Numbered from the stretch's first letter, positions 52,907 through 63,936 are shown. The stretch: 64,000 nt of DNA from Diplonema japonicum (GCA_964019335.1 OZ025657.1:186001-250000); one strand, 5' to 3'. Program-made: numbers and translations. Notes: a model not told the origin generated them from the sequence alone.

Positions 52907-55136
52907 AACCCATAACACTCCAAGGCGCAAATATTTGTCGTTTTGAAAAATCGTTTTTTTCTCTAAGTACTTTTTCGTCCCCACGACCCCCGGATCTCCA
53001 AGAACGACTATAGTGAGGAGTTATTTTCAACTGCAATTCATGCTGCGCTGCATCACTTTACCTTGTTATCCACCCACCAAGTGGGTCCCAAATCCGAGTA
53101 GATAGGCTAAAAACGCAAAATAACGGGTGTGCATACTGTGCCCAAATTGTTCCCAAAAAACGCAAAGGTAAAGCCAAAACAGCTACGGACGAGGTCCAAC
53201 CTTCATGGGTAAGGGAGTTGGTACCCATAGAGACCATAAAATAGGCCAGTGGGGAGAAAAAAAGCTGTCCCGTGGTACGCAGAAACCTGACGACGCAAAA
53301 TGGTTATTCCTTCGGTTTTTTTATAAGAAGTTAACAGACGTCATCCAAGAAGAGACAAACAGGCAAAAGGACGCTGAGATTGATAAAATTTCGACCCAAG
53401 ACTCCACCGCTCACTCGGATTGAGCATTGCGATGGGTTTACGGCGTGCCCAGAATCAGCAGTCGTATTGGTCCACAGGACCCATGAAAATCCCCCTTTTC
53501 AGTAACACGATGCCCAGGAGGCGCTACTCACACAGAAGAGTCAAACGGTGATGTGTTGTGAAGATACGGGGGTTTCTGGACAGAATTGGTGACAAGTGGG
53601 CAAAAGCAGCAGTGCCAGGAAAATATTTAAGCATTGACGAGACACTCGTACCTTCACGGGGCAATTCAAATGAGGCTTCAAGCGTAAAAGATATGGCATA
53701 AAAATCAACTGCCTAAACTGCGCGAGCACGGGCTATCTTTTGCGTTTCACATCCACGCCACCAAAATCGAGGGGCACGCACTTGAAGATTTCAGTGTTGT
53801 GGAAAAAGCGGGGCTGGGGTTAACAGAGCCTTTGCGGGGAAATGACAACACGGTAGTTTGCGATAGCTACTTTTCGACTGTGGGTCTGGCCGAAGCCCTG
53901 CTGTGAGGGGCTTGCATTTCGTTGGGTGTTGCGGACTCTTCTGGTGGGCCCTAGAAGTGACAATAGTTAACTGCCATGCACTTCAAATAAAATAGTTCAA
54001 TACAATAGTTCAGGGATGCCAAAGAGATACACAACCCTGGCTGCTTTAAAGAGCGCTTTCGAGAGAGCCTAATTGATGGGTCCAACGTTGCAAAAACACC
54101 ACTCCCGGCACCCAACTAGTGGTGCACACACACCCGATACCCCAGATTACACCAAACGTGACCGCTAGCCACTCAAAGGGGGCACCTCCAGGGTCTGCAG
54201 GTTGAAAGAATGCACAAAACGCACAATCTACAAATGCTACACCTGAAACCAACACCTCTGTCCAAATAAGTGCTTTTTTCGTACCACTCTTCCATCACCC
54301 CAAAAAGGCCTCTTGACGATTTCGAGGCCGATATTCCACCCGCAAATAGGCACTTCTCTCGGTCTGAGACATCTGAGGGGTCCTGATGCTGCCTTTTTTG
54401 TCCCAAGATGCTCAATTTACACCCCCCCGTGCACAACCCATTTTGACACGGTCGTTTTTGAGCAAAAGTATATGAGACGTAACCCATCCTGCCCAAAACA
54501 CAGCCAGGTATCTGAGGCAAAACACAGTCAGGCAATCCGAGGCAAAAGAGGCACAAACACACTTTACCAGGTTTCCGAGCCACCAAGCATCACACCTGAG
54601 GCCGGCAAATGCCGAAGATTACACTGGCCATGCATACAGGCGTTCGTTTACACGATACCTTGTTGATGAAGGAACCTGCTATTTTGGCTGGAAGTCAGAC
54701 CTGATCAAGCCCCTGCACAAAACCAGCAGTTTCTGAAGTGCGATGATCAAGCGCCGACACAAATTACACAAAACCTACAGAATTCTGTCAATTTGACATC
54801 GTCTTCTCAGGCAATCAGGCTTAGTTTTGACATCAGTGTGAACATTTCGCAGAAGTGAACATAAAGGGTTCACAGTGTCCGAAATTTCCTCATTTAACTT
54901 TACAAAAATTAAGTAAAATATCATACTAAATAAAAATCAGCCAGATTTTTACTCGGATTTTTTTTTTTTCACTCGTTTTTTTTTCAACTACTCGTGAAAA
55001 AAAAAAATTCCTCGTAAAAATCAGGTAATCTGATTTTTATTTAGTAAATAGTTATTTTTTTTCCGTTCCCCCCCACATACTATTTGTCCAATTTTTTGAA
55101 AAGAGATTTCGACTCATCCTCTGTCAATGGGCGCAT
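52347..55136 (-). CDS. NIP7: 60S ribosome biogenesis protein NIP7; exons 55136-55081, 52871-52646, 52607-52347
   Basis: [19 protein letters not shown]|[11 protein letters not shown]...[10 protein letters not shown]...LDYLAQYAQ|[17 protein letters not shown]...PLGFGV...[10 protein letters not shown]. Confidence 0.95.
52608..52645 (-). other. Spliceosomal intron, 38 nt (NIP7 intron 2)
   Basis: GTATAC...TTTAACCCACACAG. Confidence 0.9.
52909..54868 (+). mobile_element. Decayed piggyBac-like DNA transposon
   Basis: Left end TTAA|CCC and degenerate right end GGG|TTCA. Transposase remnants: [71 protein letters not shown], and Cys-rich C..C...T.YKC..*..HLCP.KCF..YH, with stops and frameshifts. Confidence 0.85.
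54924..55046. mobile_element. Fold-back MITE with TA termini
   Basis: TACTAAATAAAAATCAG ... CTGATTTTTATTTAGTA is a perfect 17-bp inverted repeat; imperfect pairing continues inward for ~45 bp. Confidence 0.75.
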
Positions 55137-55231
55137 TTTCTTTTCTTTTTTTTTTTTTTTTTTTGTGTGTGTGTCTTTATATCTTTCCTTCTTTGCCACG
55201 AAGAAAAAAGGGAAAAGAACTCCATCTAGAT

Positions 55232-56806
55232 TTAAACCCCGAAACCCTCTAAAACCTCACTAAGTCTCTCAATAGAAAAACCCAAGAGAAGCGACGCTTG
55301 CACAGAAGACGATGGGGGGAGCGATTCTAAAGCCTCGCTCAGCTTTGTCAACGCAGTACGCAAAGGCGCCAGAGTATCGGAGGTGAGGGAAAGGAGCGAA
55401 TGACGCGACTCGCGAAGGGTGACGAAGAGCAACAGGGAGAGGGCAGACGCTACAGGTTCAACATGGAGATGAAGAGACGGCGTCAATCTGGCTATGGTGT
55501 CAATGAGAAAGGTACAGACGGACTTCTGAAGGAAGGCTGACGACTTCAACAGCAAAGGTCGGACCTCTTCCTTAGCCTCCAACAGCGCCTGGTACTCCTT
55601 GTCAATTTCATTCTTCAACCGCATAAGCGTCACCCCGACCACAGACGGGTAGGGGCAGACATGAACAAACGATGTGTACATCTTCAGCCTGGAGAACTCC
55701 CGAAGAGGTTTGATGACGGATTGCAACGTTTCATCGGCTTCAGAACGAACCCACGGGACAGGGCATTGCGTCATCACATGTGCTAAACTCTGCGCGAGTT
55801 CAAAAAGGGTTTCGAACCCTTCCGCGGCTACAATCTCCTTACCCTTCTCCAAGTCCCGTTCCTGACTGTCTTGGTACGAGATGGAATATGCGGCGACCGC
55901 GTCTGCGACCTCCCTCACGGCCTGCAGCCCTTCCCTTACGGTGTGTATCGACGTCGACCCGAGCAAGGCAGTGTGGTGCTTGACAGAACGTTCAAAGACG
56001 TACTGCGGTTCCATCGCAACAGGAGTTTTCATTCTTGCAACCACCACCGCCAGCCCTACAGGGCTGTACGTGAAACCGTGATCGTCGCAAGCAGCCTCTG
56101 CACCGAAGATCCCTTCGCAGTGCTTCTTCCTATCGGGGTACAGAAGAGTATGGTGGTACGCCCCCCCACCAAGAGATTTTAAAAGGGTGTCAAGGGGCTC
56201 TGAAGGGAGGGCAGGGACGTTTTCGGGAGACGATACGCCGCGGGACTGGACCCAAGCAGAGAGGACACCAAGGCTGTATGATGTTACATCAGAAGATGTC
56301 CCGTTCTGTTTAAGAATTTTCAGGATTTCGAGAAGATCAGGGTAGACAAGGTCAAGGGTTTCCGTCAAGTCCATGTTCGTGGGGTCGTTTTGTTCCGCAT
56401 CGTCATCGTCTTCATTATCACTGTCATCTTGACTTGTCATGTCCATCAGTTTGGGAGGTAGGAAGGCGTTCTTTTGGGTGAATACCCGTTCCAGGCACTC
56501 TGGGATGTCTCGTGATACTGCTTTGCAGAAACCTTTCCTCTCCCCGAGGATTTTCATGATTTCAGCCAAGACAGCCAGCATTACACCAACCTTGACGTCG
56601 TCGGCTTCCTGTCCAAGCCTTTCTTGCAATATTACGTAGATTTCTCTTGCCCCGCTTACTGTTCTTTGAATGCTCTCCTTCAACGCCTTGCCACCCCATT
56701 CACGGTTTTCCTTGTCAAGCACCGTGAGGACCATCTCAAGAGTCTCTTGAAAAATGTCCATAGGGTCTCCTTCAAGGGAGGATATTTTATTTTGCACTTC
56801 TTCCAT
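55232..56806 (-). CDS. Glomulin/ALF4/Ybp-like helical protein
   Basis: VMTQCPVPWVRSEA..TLQ...RLKMY..V..CPYPSVVGV...LKNEI resembles the family's conserved C-terminal block. Confidence 0.65.
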   Translation of the reverse strand: MEEVQNKISSLEGDPMDIFQETLEMVLTVLDKENREWGGKALKESIQRTVSGAREIYVILQERLGQEADDVKVGVMLAVLAEIMKILGERKGFCKAVSRDIPECLERVFTQKNAFLPPKLMDMTSQDDSDNEDDDDAEQNDPTNMDLTETLDLVYPDLLEILKILKQNGTSSDVTSYSLGVLSAWVQSRGVSSPENVPALPSEPLDTLLKSLGGGAYHHTLLYPDRKKHCEGIFGAEAACDDHGFTYSPVGLAVVVARMKTPVAMEPQYVFERSVKHHTALLGSTSIHTVREGLQAVREVADAVAAYSISYQDSQERDLEKGKEIVAAEGFETLFELAQSLAHVMTQCPVPWVRSEADETLQSVIKPLREFSRLKMYTSFVHVCPYPSVVGVTLMRLKNEIDKEYQALLEAKEEVRPLLLKSSAFLQKSVCTFLIDTIARLTPSLHLHVEPVASALSLLLFVTLRESRHSLLSLTSDTLAPLRTALTKLSEALESLPPSSSVQASLLLGFSIERLSEVLEGFGV

Positions 56807-56914
56807 TTTCTTCTTCTTTCTTTTTTTTTTCTCCCGCTGGATAAAAAATGGTAAAAGAGAAAGAATAAAAATAAAAAAAATAAAAGGAAAGAGAGGAGAG
56901 ACAAAAAAAAAAAG

Positions 56915-56960
<46 letters not shown>

Positions 56961-57085
56961 TTGTGCCATTTCCAAATAGAGTGAAAAGGAAATAAGCAAG
57001 GAAGAAGGAAGAAGGAAGAATAAAAATAAAAAAAAACAAATATAAAGCGAGTATTCTTCAGAAGTGGAAAAAAAAAGAAGAAAAC

Positions 57086-57194
57086 AATGGGGGCTTTAAT
57101 TGCAACCCTAAGTGGCGTTAAGTGTGCAACGTAGCTTCTTCTGCGTTGCGTGCGGTGCAACTCAACCCTAGCGGGGGTCCGGGTAACCAAGATT
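57086..57194. repeat. SINE-like repeat, internally deleted copy
   Basis: aatgggggctttaattgcaaccctaagtggcgttaagtgtgcaa..gtagcttcttctgcgtt..gcgtgcggtg...gggtaaccaagatt shares its left end with the 19236 copy. Confidence 0.85.
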
Positions 57195-58317
57195 AAAAAA
57201 GTCCGTTTAATGTAATGTGCGCCACAATGCGGCCACCTTTTTTTCCCCTCAATCACTACTAGGGGGGCTTCATAATATTTTACGCAGCAGTCCGGTCATG
57301 AGTTCGTACTTTTTTCTTCTTCTTCTTCTTTTTTTTTTTTTTGGTTCGAATGCAACTCGCTTGTACAAAAAAACCCCCCCTTGGAGGGGAAAGGGGAAAA
57401 TAGTTCTTTTTGTTTTGTTTTGTTTTATTAGACAGCTTATCCTTCGGGCCTAAATTCTAGCTACAAGACAATGGAAAGCTGCGGAGTTTTTACATCGGAC
57501 CAATGCCTATCCGCAGTAACGCGTCAAATTTAGGAAAAGAGCCGCAATGTGCCTGCTCTTTGAGAATTTAGGCCTTGTGAAAATAACTGTAAATAAAACG
57601 GCGAATTCCGAGGCTAAAGTTGGGTACCTTTTCCCTCGATGGACCATGTGCTCCTCGAACCAATCTTTGGCCCTCGGGCGCAATCTATCGGGGAGGGGGC
57701 TACTTTCTTTTCTTTTTTTTTCTTTTTTTCTTTTTTGCAGTTTCATTGATTTTTCGGATGGAAAAGGGGGCGAGGAAGAAGAAATTTTCTTTTTTTTTAA
57801 AAAAAAAAAGGGGGGGAGCGTGAACGAAATGGAGAAAAGGTTTTTTTTTTTCCCTTTTTTTTTTTCTTTTAGTAAAAAAAATTGTATCCGGAGATTCATT
57901 ACATTTTTCTTTTTCCCCTTCCCTGCGATATGATTCAACACGCCTTTCTAAAACACAAGTCAATAAAAAAATTGCAGATCAGATGGAAATACGAGGAAAA
58001 TGCTTGCTCCACTCTTCTTTACCGGATAGGATGATTCTCTCATTCTTTTTTTTTTTTTTTTTTTTTTTTGGCTTCTCTTCCTACTAAAGTTTCCACGTCC
58101 GTTTTTTTTCATTTCATTTTTTTTTTTTTTTTGCACAGAAAACAAACTTTAAAAAAAAAGGGGGATGGATAAAAAAAAAAAAAAAAAAAAAAGAAAATTC
58201 CTCCATAATGGAGACAGTTGCTTGGGATACGACCCCAATACAGCAACAAAAAAAGGGGGGGGGGGGGATAACGTTATTTTTTACTTTGAATATTAAAAAA
58301 AAAAGTCTTTCCATTCT

Positions 58318-60486
58318 CTAGTTCGGCTTGTTGAACACCACATAATGAACGGTTCGGGGCGGCATGTTAAGAACAACATCGACAGAATAATCCCTGTTCA
58401 CGGTGTGAGACGCCGCCTGCTGCCCGTCAATAGAAACAAGCGTGGTAGTACTGAGGCCTGTGTAATAGACAGGGATGTTGACAGTGGTCATGAGCGAGGT
58501 CTCTGTGGGGTTGAAGATCATAGCAAGCCCCACCTCAGCAGTCTCTGAGTAAGGGTTAACGTGAAGGAATCCGTCCCAGGACTGCATAGAAGGCCTCCTA
58601 ATGTGCACAACAGGTTGGATGAGGGTGTTCCTGTGTGTCTTGTACATCCCGATCCACTTCTGCAACACCGCCTTCATTGCATCGCTAGTGTAGGGAACAT
58701 TGCCCCTGTAGCATGCGGCGGTCCCCGCACCAAGGTACTGAGCCAAACCCCATTCGTACTCCAAGACGTGTCCCTGGAATTCCGCTGAGGTTCCTCCAGC
58801 ATGGTACTCAGTGATGGGGAGGAACATCCACCCTTGTGTGGGGAGGTGGATGTACAGATCGTCGTACAGCCCCATCCGCGACACGGAGAGGTCCCTCCAC
58901 CTGGGCAGCGAGAACTGCTGCTCGTCGTACCCAAGAACAGCCCTTGACCCTCCTTGGAAGAAGTAGTTGTCCGGCTGGTTGACGTAAACTCCAAGCTTCC
59001 TCATCTCCTTGTAGAATGCGTTCTGGAACATGGTCTGCTGGTACACGCTGTCGTCTAGGTTGTGGTGGTGTGCGTGCGACGTCGATGCGCACGTCTCCCC
59101 ACCGTACGGCCCGTCCGTCTCCAGCATCGAGAGCCCTGTGGTGTTGATGAAGCTTGTCGCCTTCCCGAACAGCTCGTCGTACCACCCGGAGGCGAAGCAC
59201 GCATCCCCCGTGTTCCCCACCGCCTGGTACTGCTTCTCCACGCTGCCGCCTCTGTCCAGGCATATTAAATCGTACCCGCCGACCTCGATCCCCTTCGCCT
59301 TGGCGTACTGGACCAGCCCCTTGACCTGCTCGATGTACTTCTCGTCGTTGCTCTCCAGCTGGAACCCGGACCCGAATGAGAAGATGAACATCTCAAAGCC
59401 CACCTCAGCCATCTGGTCCACTGCCGCCTTGAACCCAGCAGGGTCGCTCTTCGTGCAGTGGAAGAAAATGGGGTTCTCAGTGGTGTGCGGTGCCAACATC
59501 TGGGTGACGCGGTGGCGGGACAGCGTGTGCCTCTCAATCTCCTCCGAGTCGGTGACGAGGATGAACGCCTTGAAGGACTCGAAGGTCTCAGTGGGCGACA
59601 CGACGGCGCCAGGGCCACGCGAGTAGGAGCAGTTGAGGTAGGGCTCGACAGCGCCCTCGTCCTTGCAGGACGAGCAGCCGGGGATGTTGTCTACGCTGTT
59701 GGGGTAGTCGTCCTGCCATGTGCAGGCAGAGCTGTGCGCCTGGTCGGTCTTGGCGTGGAGGAGCGAGAGGGGGTTGCCCTGCTGCACGGAGCCCTCGCCG
59801 TCAGCACCGGGGACGAAGGAGCCGCGTGTGAAGTAGTAACCCCACCTGGGCATCACTCCGAGGAACTCAACAGCGGCGGCCTGTACCTGAACAGTGTCGC
59901 CGAGTGACCTTATGGTCATCCACTTCTCGATGAGCGGGATACCCTGCAGGACCTGGTAGTGGAGGGTGATCTCGACGTTGGGAGCGCCCGCAGGGGGGTG
60001 GAAGACAACGGAGAGCGTGACACCCTTAGGGGGCCACGAGTAGACAGTGCTGGAGAAACGAGTGCCTGGAGTCCATGGGAAAGGCGCCTTGGGGGCGGAC
60101 ACAGTGTGGTTGACGTACCTGAAGGCGTTGGGGTCAGCCTTGAAGGAGAGACTGGTGCGGTTGCAATAGGCAAGGAAGGTTTCGACCTGCTCAAGTCCGC
60201 CCACTTTGTACTCCTTTTCGTTCATCCAAACAGTGGCCTCGGGGTGCACTGACCTGAAAAGGGACTGCTCGCCACCGTACTTGCTTGTCGCATTCAGCAC
60301 AAGGTCCACAGTACCAAAGGCAGGAGACGTAACAAACCTTCTACTCACAAGCCCGTTCCCTATCACCAACCCATTACCAGTGTTGCTCACATAAGCAGGA
60401 TCCTTCACCATGCTCACCAACCAGTCGTCCTTTCGATCAGCCTGCACGCATGCTGCAGCCGCCAGGAGCAGCGCCAATCGTTTCAT
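58318..60486 (-). CDS. Secreted glycoside hydrolase, clan-D/GH36-like (putative alpha-galactosidase)
   Basis: Signal peptide; ENPIFFH, DQMAEVGFEM.IFSFGSG, EVGGY, CFASGW, ETDGPYGG. Confidence 0.7.
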   Translation of the reverse strand: MKRLALLLAAAACVQADRKDDWLVSMVKDPAYVSNTGNGLVIGNGLVSRRFVTSPAFGTVDLVLNATSKYGGEQSLFRSVHPEATVWMNEKEYKVGGLEQVETFLAYCNRTSLSFKADPNAFRYVNHTVSAPKAPFPWTPGTRFSSTVYSWPPKGVTLSVVFHPPAGAPNVEITLHYQVLQGIPLIEKWMTIRSLGDTVQVQAAAVEFLGVMPRWGYYFTRGSFVPGADGEGSVQQGNPLSLLHAKTDQAHSSACTWQDDYPNSVDNIPGCSSCKDEGAVEPYLNCSYSRGPGAVVSPTETFESFKAFILVTDSEEIERHTLSRHRVTQMLAPHTTENPIFFHCTKSDPAGFKAAVDQMAEVGFEMFIFSFGSGFQLESNDEKYIEQVKGLVQYAKAKGIEVGGYDLICLDRGGSVEKQYQAVGNTGDACFASGWYDELFGKATSFINTTGLSMLETDGPYGGETCASTSHAHHHNLDDSVYQQTMFQNAFYKEMRKLGVYVNQPDNYFFQGGSRAVLGYDEQQFSLPRWRDLSVSRMGLYDDLYIHLPTQGWMFLPITEYHAGGTSAEFQGHVLEYEWGLAQYLGAGTAACYRGNVPYTSDAMKAVLQKWIGMYKTHRNTLIQPVVHIRRPSMQSWDGFLHVNPYSETAEVGLAMIFNPTETSLMTTVNIPVYYTGLSTTTLVSIDGQQAASHTVNRDYSVDVVLNMPPRTVHYVVFNKPN

Positions 60487-60983
60487 TTCAGGGGTTGGTT
60501 TTCTTGTATCTCTTTTTTTTTCTTTTTTGATGATGAATTCAGAAAAAAGGAAGCAAAATATAAAGTGGTGCAATGGGTGGTTATTTTTTTCCACCCCCCC
60601 CTTTTTTTTTTCTTTCAAAGATAAAGGTGAAGAACACGAAATCAAATGAAAAGATTATGTTAGACACAAAAGATGTGACAATCTAGCCTTTTCTTTCGCT
60701 CCCTTTTTTTTTTTCTTTCTTTCTTTTTTTTTTTCTTTTTGCTCAAAATTATAATGGAGCATAATAATTATGATGAGGAAAGAAGAGGAACAAAGCGTTG
60801 CAGCAACTAACTTGCGGGGGAAACATAAGAAACAAAAAAACCAAAAAAGAAGGTTTTTTTTAAAAAAAAGAAAAGCACTTTTCCGGCACACATACCAGTC
60901 TTGCACATGCATTGAATTGAAGAACATTATTTACGTTTGTTTTCCTTCTTTGTCTCCAAAAAAAAAAAAAAAAAAAAAAAAAA

Positions 60984-61030
60984 AAGATGTCGTTGAGGGA
61001 ACCTGCAGTATGTGACAGGATCGCCTAAAA
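60984..61030. repeat. ~45-nt dispersed motif, copy 2
   Basis: aagatgtcgttgagggaacctgcagtatgtgacaggatcgcctaaaa. Confidence 0.8.
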
Positions 61031-61363
61031 AAAAAAAAAAAAAAACGAGAGCGAGAAGAAATGGGGGAAGGAAAGTATGTGGTGTTCAGTTTTTATCAGA
61101 TTTCATCATTTTTTTTTTCTTCTTCTTCTATTTTTTCTTTTGTTGTTATTTCAAAAGAGCCCTGTCTACTACTCTACGTCCATCAACAAGGAAGGTGTGG
61201 CATGGTGATCAGGTAAACCCAACCTCCACTTACCCTAGTTTTCCTTCTTTGTTTTCTGTTTTTCTTTTTCTTTTAAAAGGCAATGTCTCTCAAGAACAAC
61301 CTTTCTGGAGCCTCGCAAAAATCTGATTTCTCGGAAAATTGAGGCAGACAACTATGTTCCACC

Positions 61364-62212
61364 CTACACCAACAAGCGTCGGACATCGTAGCCGAGCCTA
61401 GCAAGGTTGAATATCTTGTACAGGTTCACATCTGGGCTGTCTTCTGGAGAAGGAAAGAACTCGCTGTCCTCAGCAGGAAGAGGCTCACCAAGGTACACAG
61501 GGGGCTTTGACGGCAAAGCGGGGTTACTACTTTGAAGATCAATAGGCTGCGGTGTTAGGTTAGGGGAAGATACCCTCGTGGCGACAGGTGTCGCTGCGGC
61601 AACAGGTGTCAATGCGACTGGAGACGCAACAGGCGTCGATGACAAAGAGTCCAATGGGACACCCGCAGGGATTGCCGAAGACGTAACTATGTCACGCCTT
61701 GGGGATGACAAGGTGGACTCAAGCACGCCTTTTCCTCCAAGAACTTGACCTTGAATTCTTTGAATTTTCGGAGGATTTTTCGAGCGATCCCCGACAGACT
61801 TCCCTCTTGGCACCACACACAGCTTCATCAACTCCACCATCACCTCAGGGCTGCATGAGTTCTTTTCGTCGCGTCTCCAACAGAACAACATATCACGCTG
61901 GCCTTCGCTTGCTTCGATGTGGACTTCATTCGCAGCTGCGTTGTAGCTGATGTGCTCGATCTGCTCCCACGTCAGCCCCCTTCTCAGAGCGCCAGAAGGT
62001 GTTGTCTGCAAGAGATGCGACGGTGTGACTAGTATTACCCTCTCGGACGTTTTCTTGAACTTCCTCTCTGCATTCGCCTTATCCACGCTGTGCAGCCCGT
62101 AGATGATGCCCTCCGAGAACATCTTCCCCCATCCCGGGTGCGGCTTCACCCTTCGCAGGAGCTCCTTCCGCCTCGCTGACCTTGGCGACATCGGGCTCTC
62201 AGGCGCCGGCAT
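61364..62212 (-). CDS. Hypothetical protein with PH-like (myosin TH1-like) domain and Pro/Ser-rich tail
   Basis: VDK.N......ERVILVT..HL......G.LRR.....I..I pattern; CTACAG acceptor before the ATG. Confidence 0.65.
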   Translation of the reverse strand: MPAPESPMSPRSARRKELLRRVKPHPGWGKMFSEGIIYGLHSVDKANAERKFKKTSERVILVTPSHLLQTTPSGALRRGLTWEQIEHISYNAAANEVHIEASEGQRDMLFCWRRDEKNSCSPEVMVELMKLCVVPRGKSVGDRSKNPPKIQRIQGQVLGGKGVLESTLSSPRRDIVTSSAIPAGVPLDSLSSTPVASPVALTPVAAATPVATRVSSPNLTPQPIDLQSSNPALPSKPPVYLGEPLPAEDSEFFPSPEDSPDVNLYKIFNLARLGYDVRRLLV

Positions 62213-62505
62213 CCTCTCACCTGTAGGGCTACATGATTACTGCAGAAAAGAGAAAAGGAATAAGGAATAAGGAATAAGAACTGTATTTCTTTTCCAGAGG
62301 GGGGGGAAGGGTTTCTCTGCTATCATCCGTTCTTTTATTTGCGTTTTTTTTTTCCCCCTCTCTCACTCCCCTCCCGTTCTCCCCCGGGGGAAAAAAAAAA
62401 ATAGGAAAGTAAAACAAAACAAAAAAAAAAAAGAAATTGGGTCCTCCCTCAGAAGCGACCGGTGAAACAAAGATTGGCACTTGTTTCTTTTCTGTCTGTG
62501 TGACT

Positions 62506-63936
62506 CTATGCTGTTTTGAAAAAGTCAGTCGCTTCAAGAGACTGGACAGCACGGAGACCGGACAGCAAGCAGTCGTTGACACCAATACCAATGGTGCACA
62601 TGCCTGCAAGGGAGATGTTGTGGGGGAGAAGGGCTGTGGTGATTTTGTCCATGCGCGCGCGATGGCCTGAGTTGAACTGAGGAATGGCGTGCTTGGTGCA
62701 GGTGGTCGTCACTAGGGACTCCTTGAGATCAACGATGATGCCTGCGTACTTCTCCAGCGCAGCAGCGGCGACAACAGGCGCGTCAATGCCCTTTAGCCAT
62801 GCTTTTGTCTTCAGCTCACCGCCTATCATCACAGTGATGGCCACTGCTTGCTTTCCCTTGTACTCTACACCCTCATACTGCTGCGGGAAAGTGTAGGAGT
62901 CCATAGTCGCACCTAATATCTCACCGTTTGGCACCAGGAACCCGAAGCTCCTCAGCTTCTTCGAGACGGAGACACAATCCTCGTTCCCCATGATGTTCAC
63001 AAGCGTGAGGTCTGCGTGGGGGATCGACCCAAGCAACCCCGGCAGCTCTGCCAACACCGGCTTCTCGGTGCACAGCTTTGACACCAACGGCGACAAGAAA
63101 TAAGGTGCAATGGTGCAGATGATGTGGTCACACTCGATCACCTCGCCGGTCACAAGCCTCACACTGGTCGGGTTCGACCCGAGGCCGACAACAAGCGAGT
63201 TTCTTTTCACTGTCACCTTGTCGCCAAGCCCTTTGAGGAGGGCTGCAGGGAGCGTCTGCATCCCCCTCTTGAAGTTGTACATAGATTTTGTTTGCAGAGC
63301 AGCGATCTCGTCGGTGATGGGTACAGGCGAGGGGGGCTTGTAAAAACCGAAGAAGGACTTCAGGCCGCACCACAACAGGCTTCCACAGTTTTCTTCCATG
63401 GCAGCAATGGCGGGGAAGGCGTCAGCGACAGAGAGACGCGATGCGTCACCCGCAAACACGCCGCCCACCACACACTGGGACACGACCTGCATCGACTCGC
63501 CGAACTTTCTTTTGAAGAATTCAGAAATGGTCTCCGTAGACCTGTCAGCAGCGGCAGGCGTCCAGTTCATGAACTCCAAGAACAGCTGCCGGAGCCCGAT
63601 CCTGCGGAGTACCCACCACAAGGTCACTTGCTGCAGAGAGTCGTCAATGTAGATAAACCGTTTCGCAGCTGACCGCTCAGCGGGGATGAGCTCGTTCTTT
63701 ATCCCCAGCTCGCATGCTAGCTGCAGGGTGTACCCTCCTGGCCCTGAGCTCTTAAACGCCCTTGGCCCCTGCTCCGACAGCATCACCCCTTCGGTCGTTT
63801 TCAGCCACCCCCCGATTCTGTTCTCCTTTTCCAGCAACACTACCTGCACATCCCCATCCCCATGCCGCTTCACAAGCTCGTAAGAGGCAGCTAATCCGCA
63901 AGGGCCCCCGCCAATCACAACAACCTTCTTTACCAT
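62506..63936 (-). CDS. PPOX: Protoporphyrinogen oxidase (HemY/PPOX-type)
   Basis: VIGGGPCGL, E...RIGGW, EQGPRAF, KRFIY, GVFAGD..RLS...FP, FGFLVP, AIPQF..GH, GIGVNDC. Confidence 0.92.
   Translation of the reverse strand: MVKKVVVIGGGPCGLAASYELVKRHGDGDVQVVLLEKENRIGGWLKTTEGVMLSEQGPRAFKSSGPGGYTLQLACELGIKNELIPAERSAAKRFIYIDDSLQQVTLWWVLRRIGLRQLFLEFMNWTPAAADRSTETISEFFKRKFGESMQVVSQCVVGGVFAGDASRLSVADAFPAIAAMEENCGSLLWCGLKSFFGFYKPPSPVPITDEIAALQTKSMYNFKRGMQTLPAALLKGLGDKVTVKRNSLVVGLGSNPTSVRLVTGEVIECDHIICTIAPYFLSPLVSKLCTEKPVLAELPGLLGSIPHADLTLVNIMGNEDCVSVSKKLRSFGFLVPNGEILGATMDSYTFPQQYEGVEYKGKQAVAITVMIGGELKTKAWLKGIDAPVVAAAALEKYAGIIVDLKESLVTTTCTKHAIPQFNSGHRARMDKITTALLPHNISLAGMCTIGIGVNDCLLSGLRAVQSLEATDFFKTA

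Larger units (their letters stand above)
52872..55080 (-). other. NIP7 intron 1, 2209 nt, inflated by transposons
   Basis: GTATGT donor and TTAAGT(A)nCAG acceptor; the split Tyr codon TA|C restores the NIP7 frame. Confidence 0.9.

Noticed and set aside
3-63883. Numerous plus-strand ORFs (e.g. 507-1340, 12224-13183, 13358-14251, 43276-44130)
   Set aside because: Antisense shadows of minus-strand genes with recognisable domains; they have no motifs of their own.
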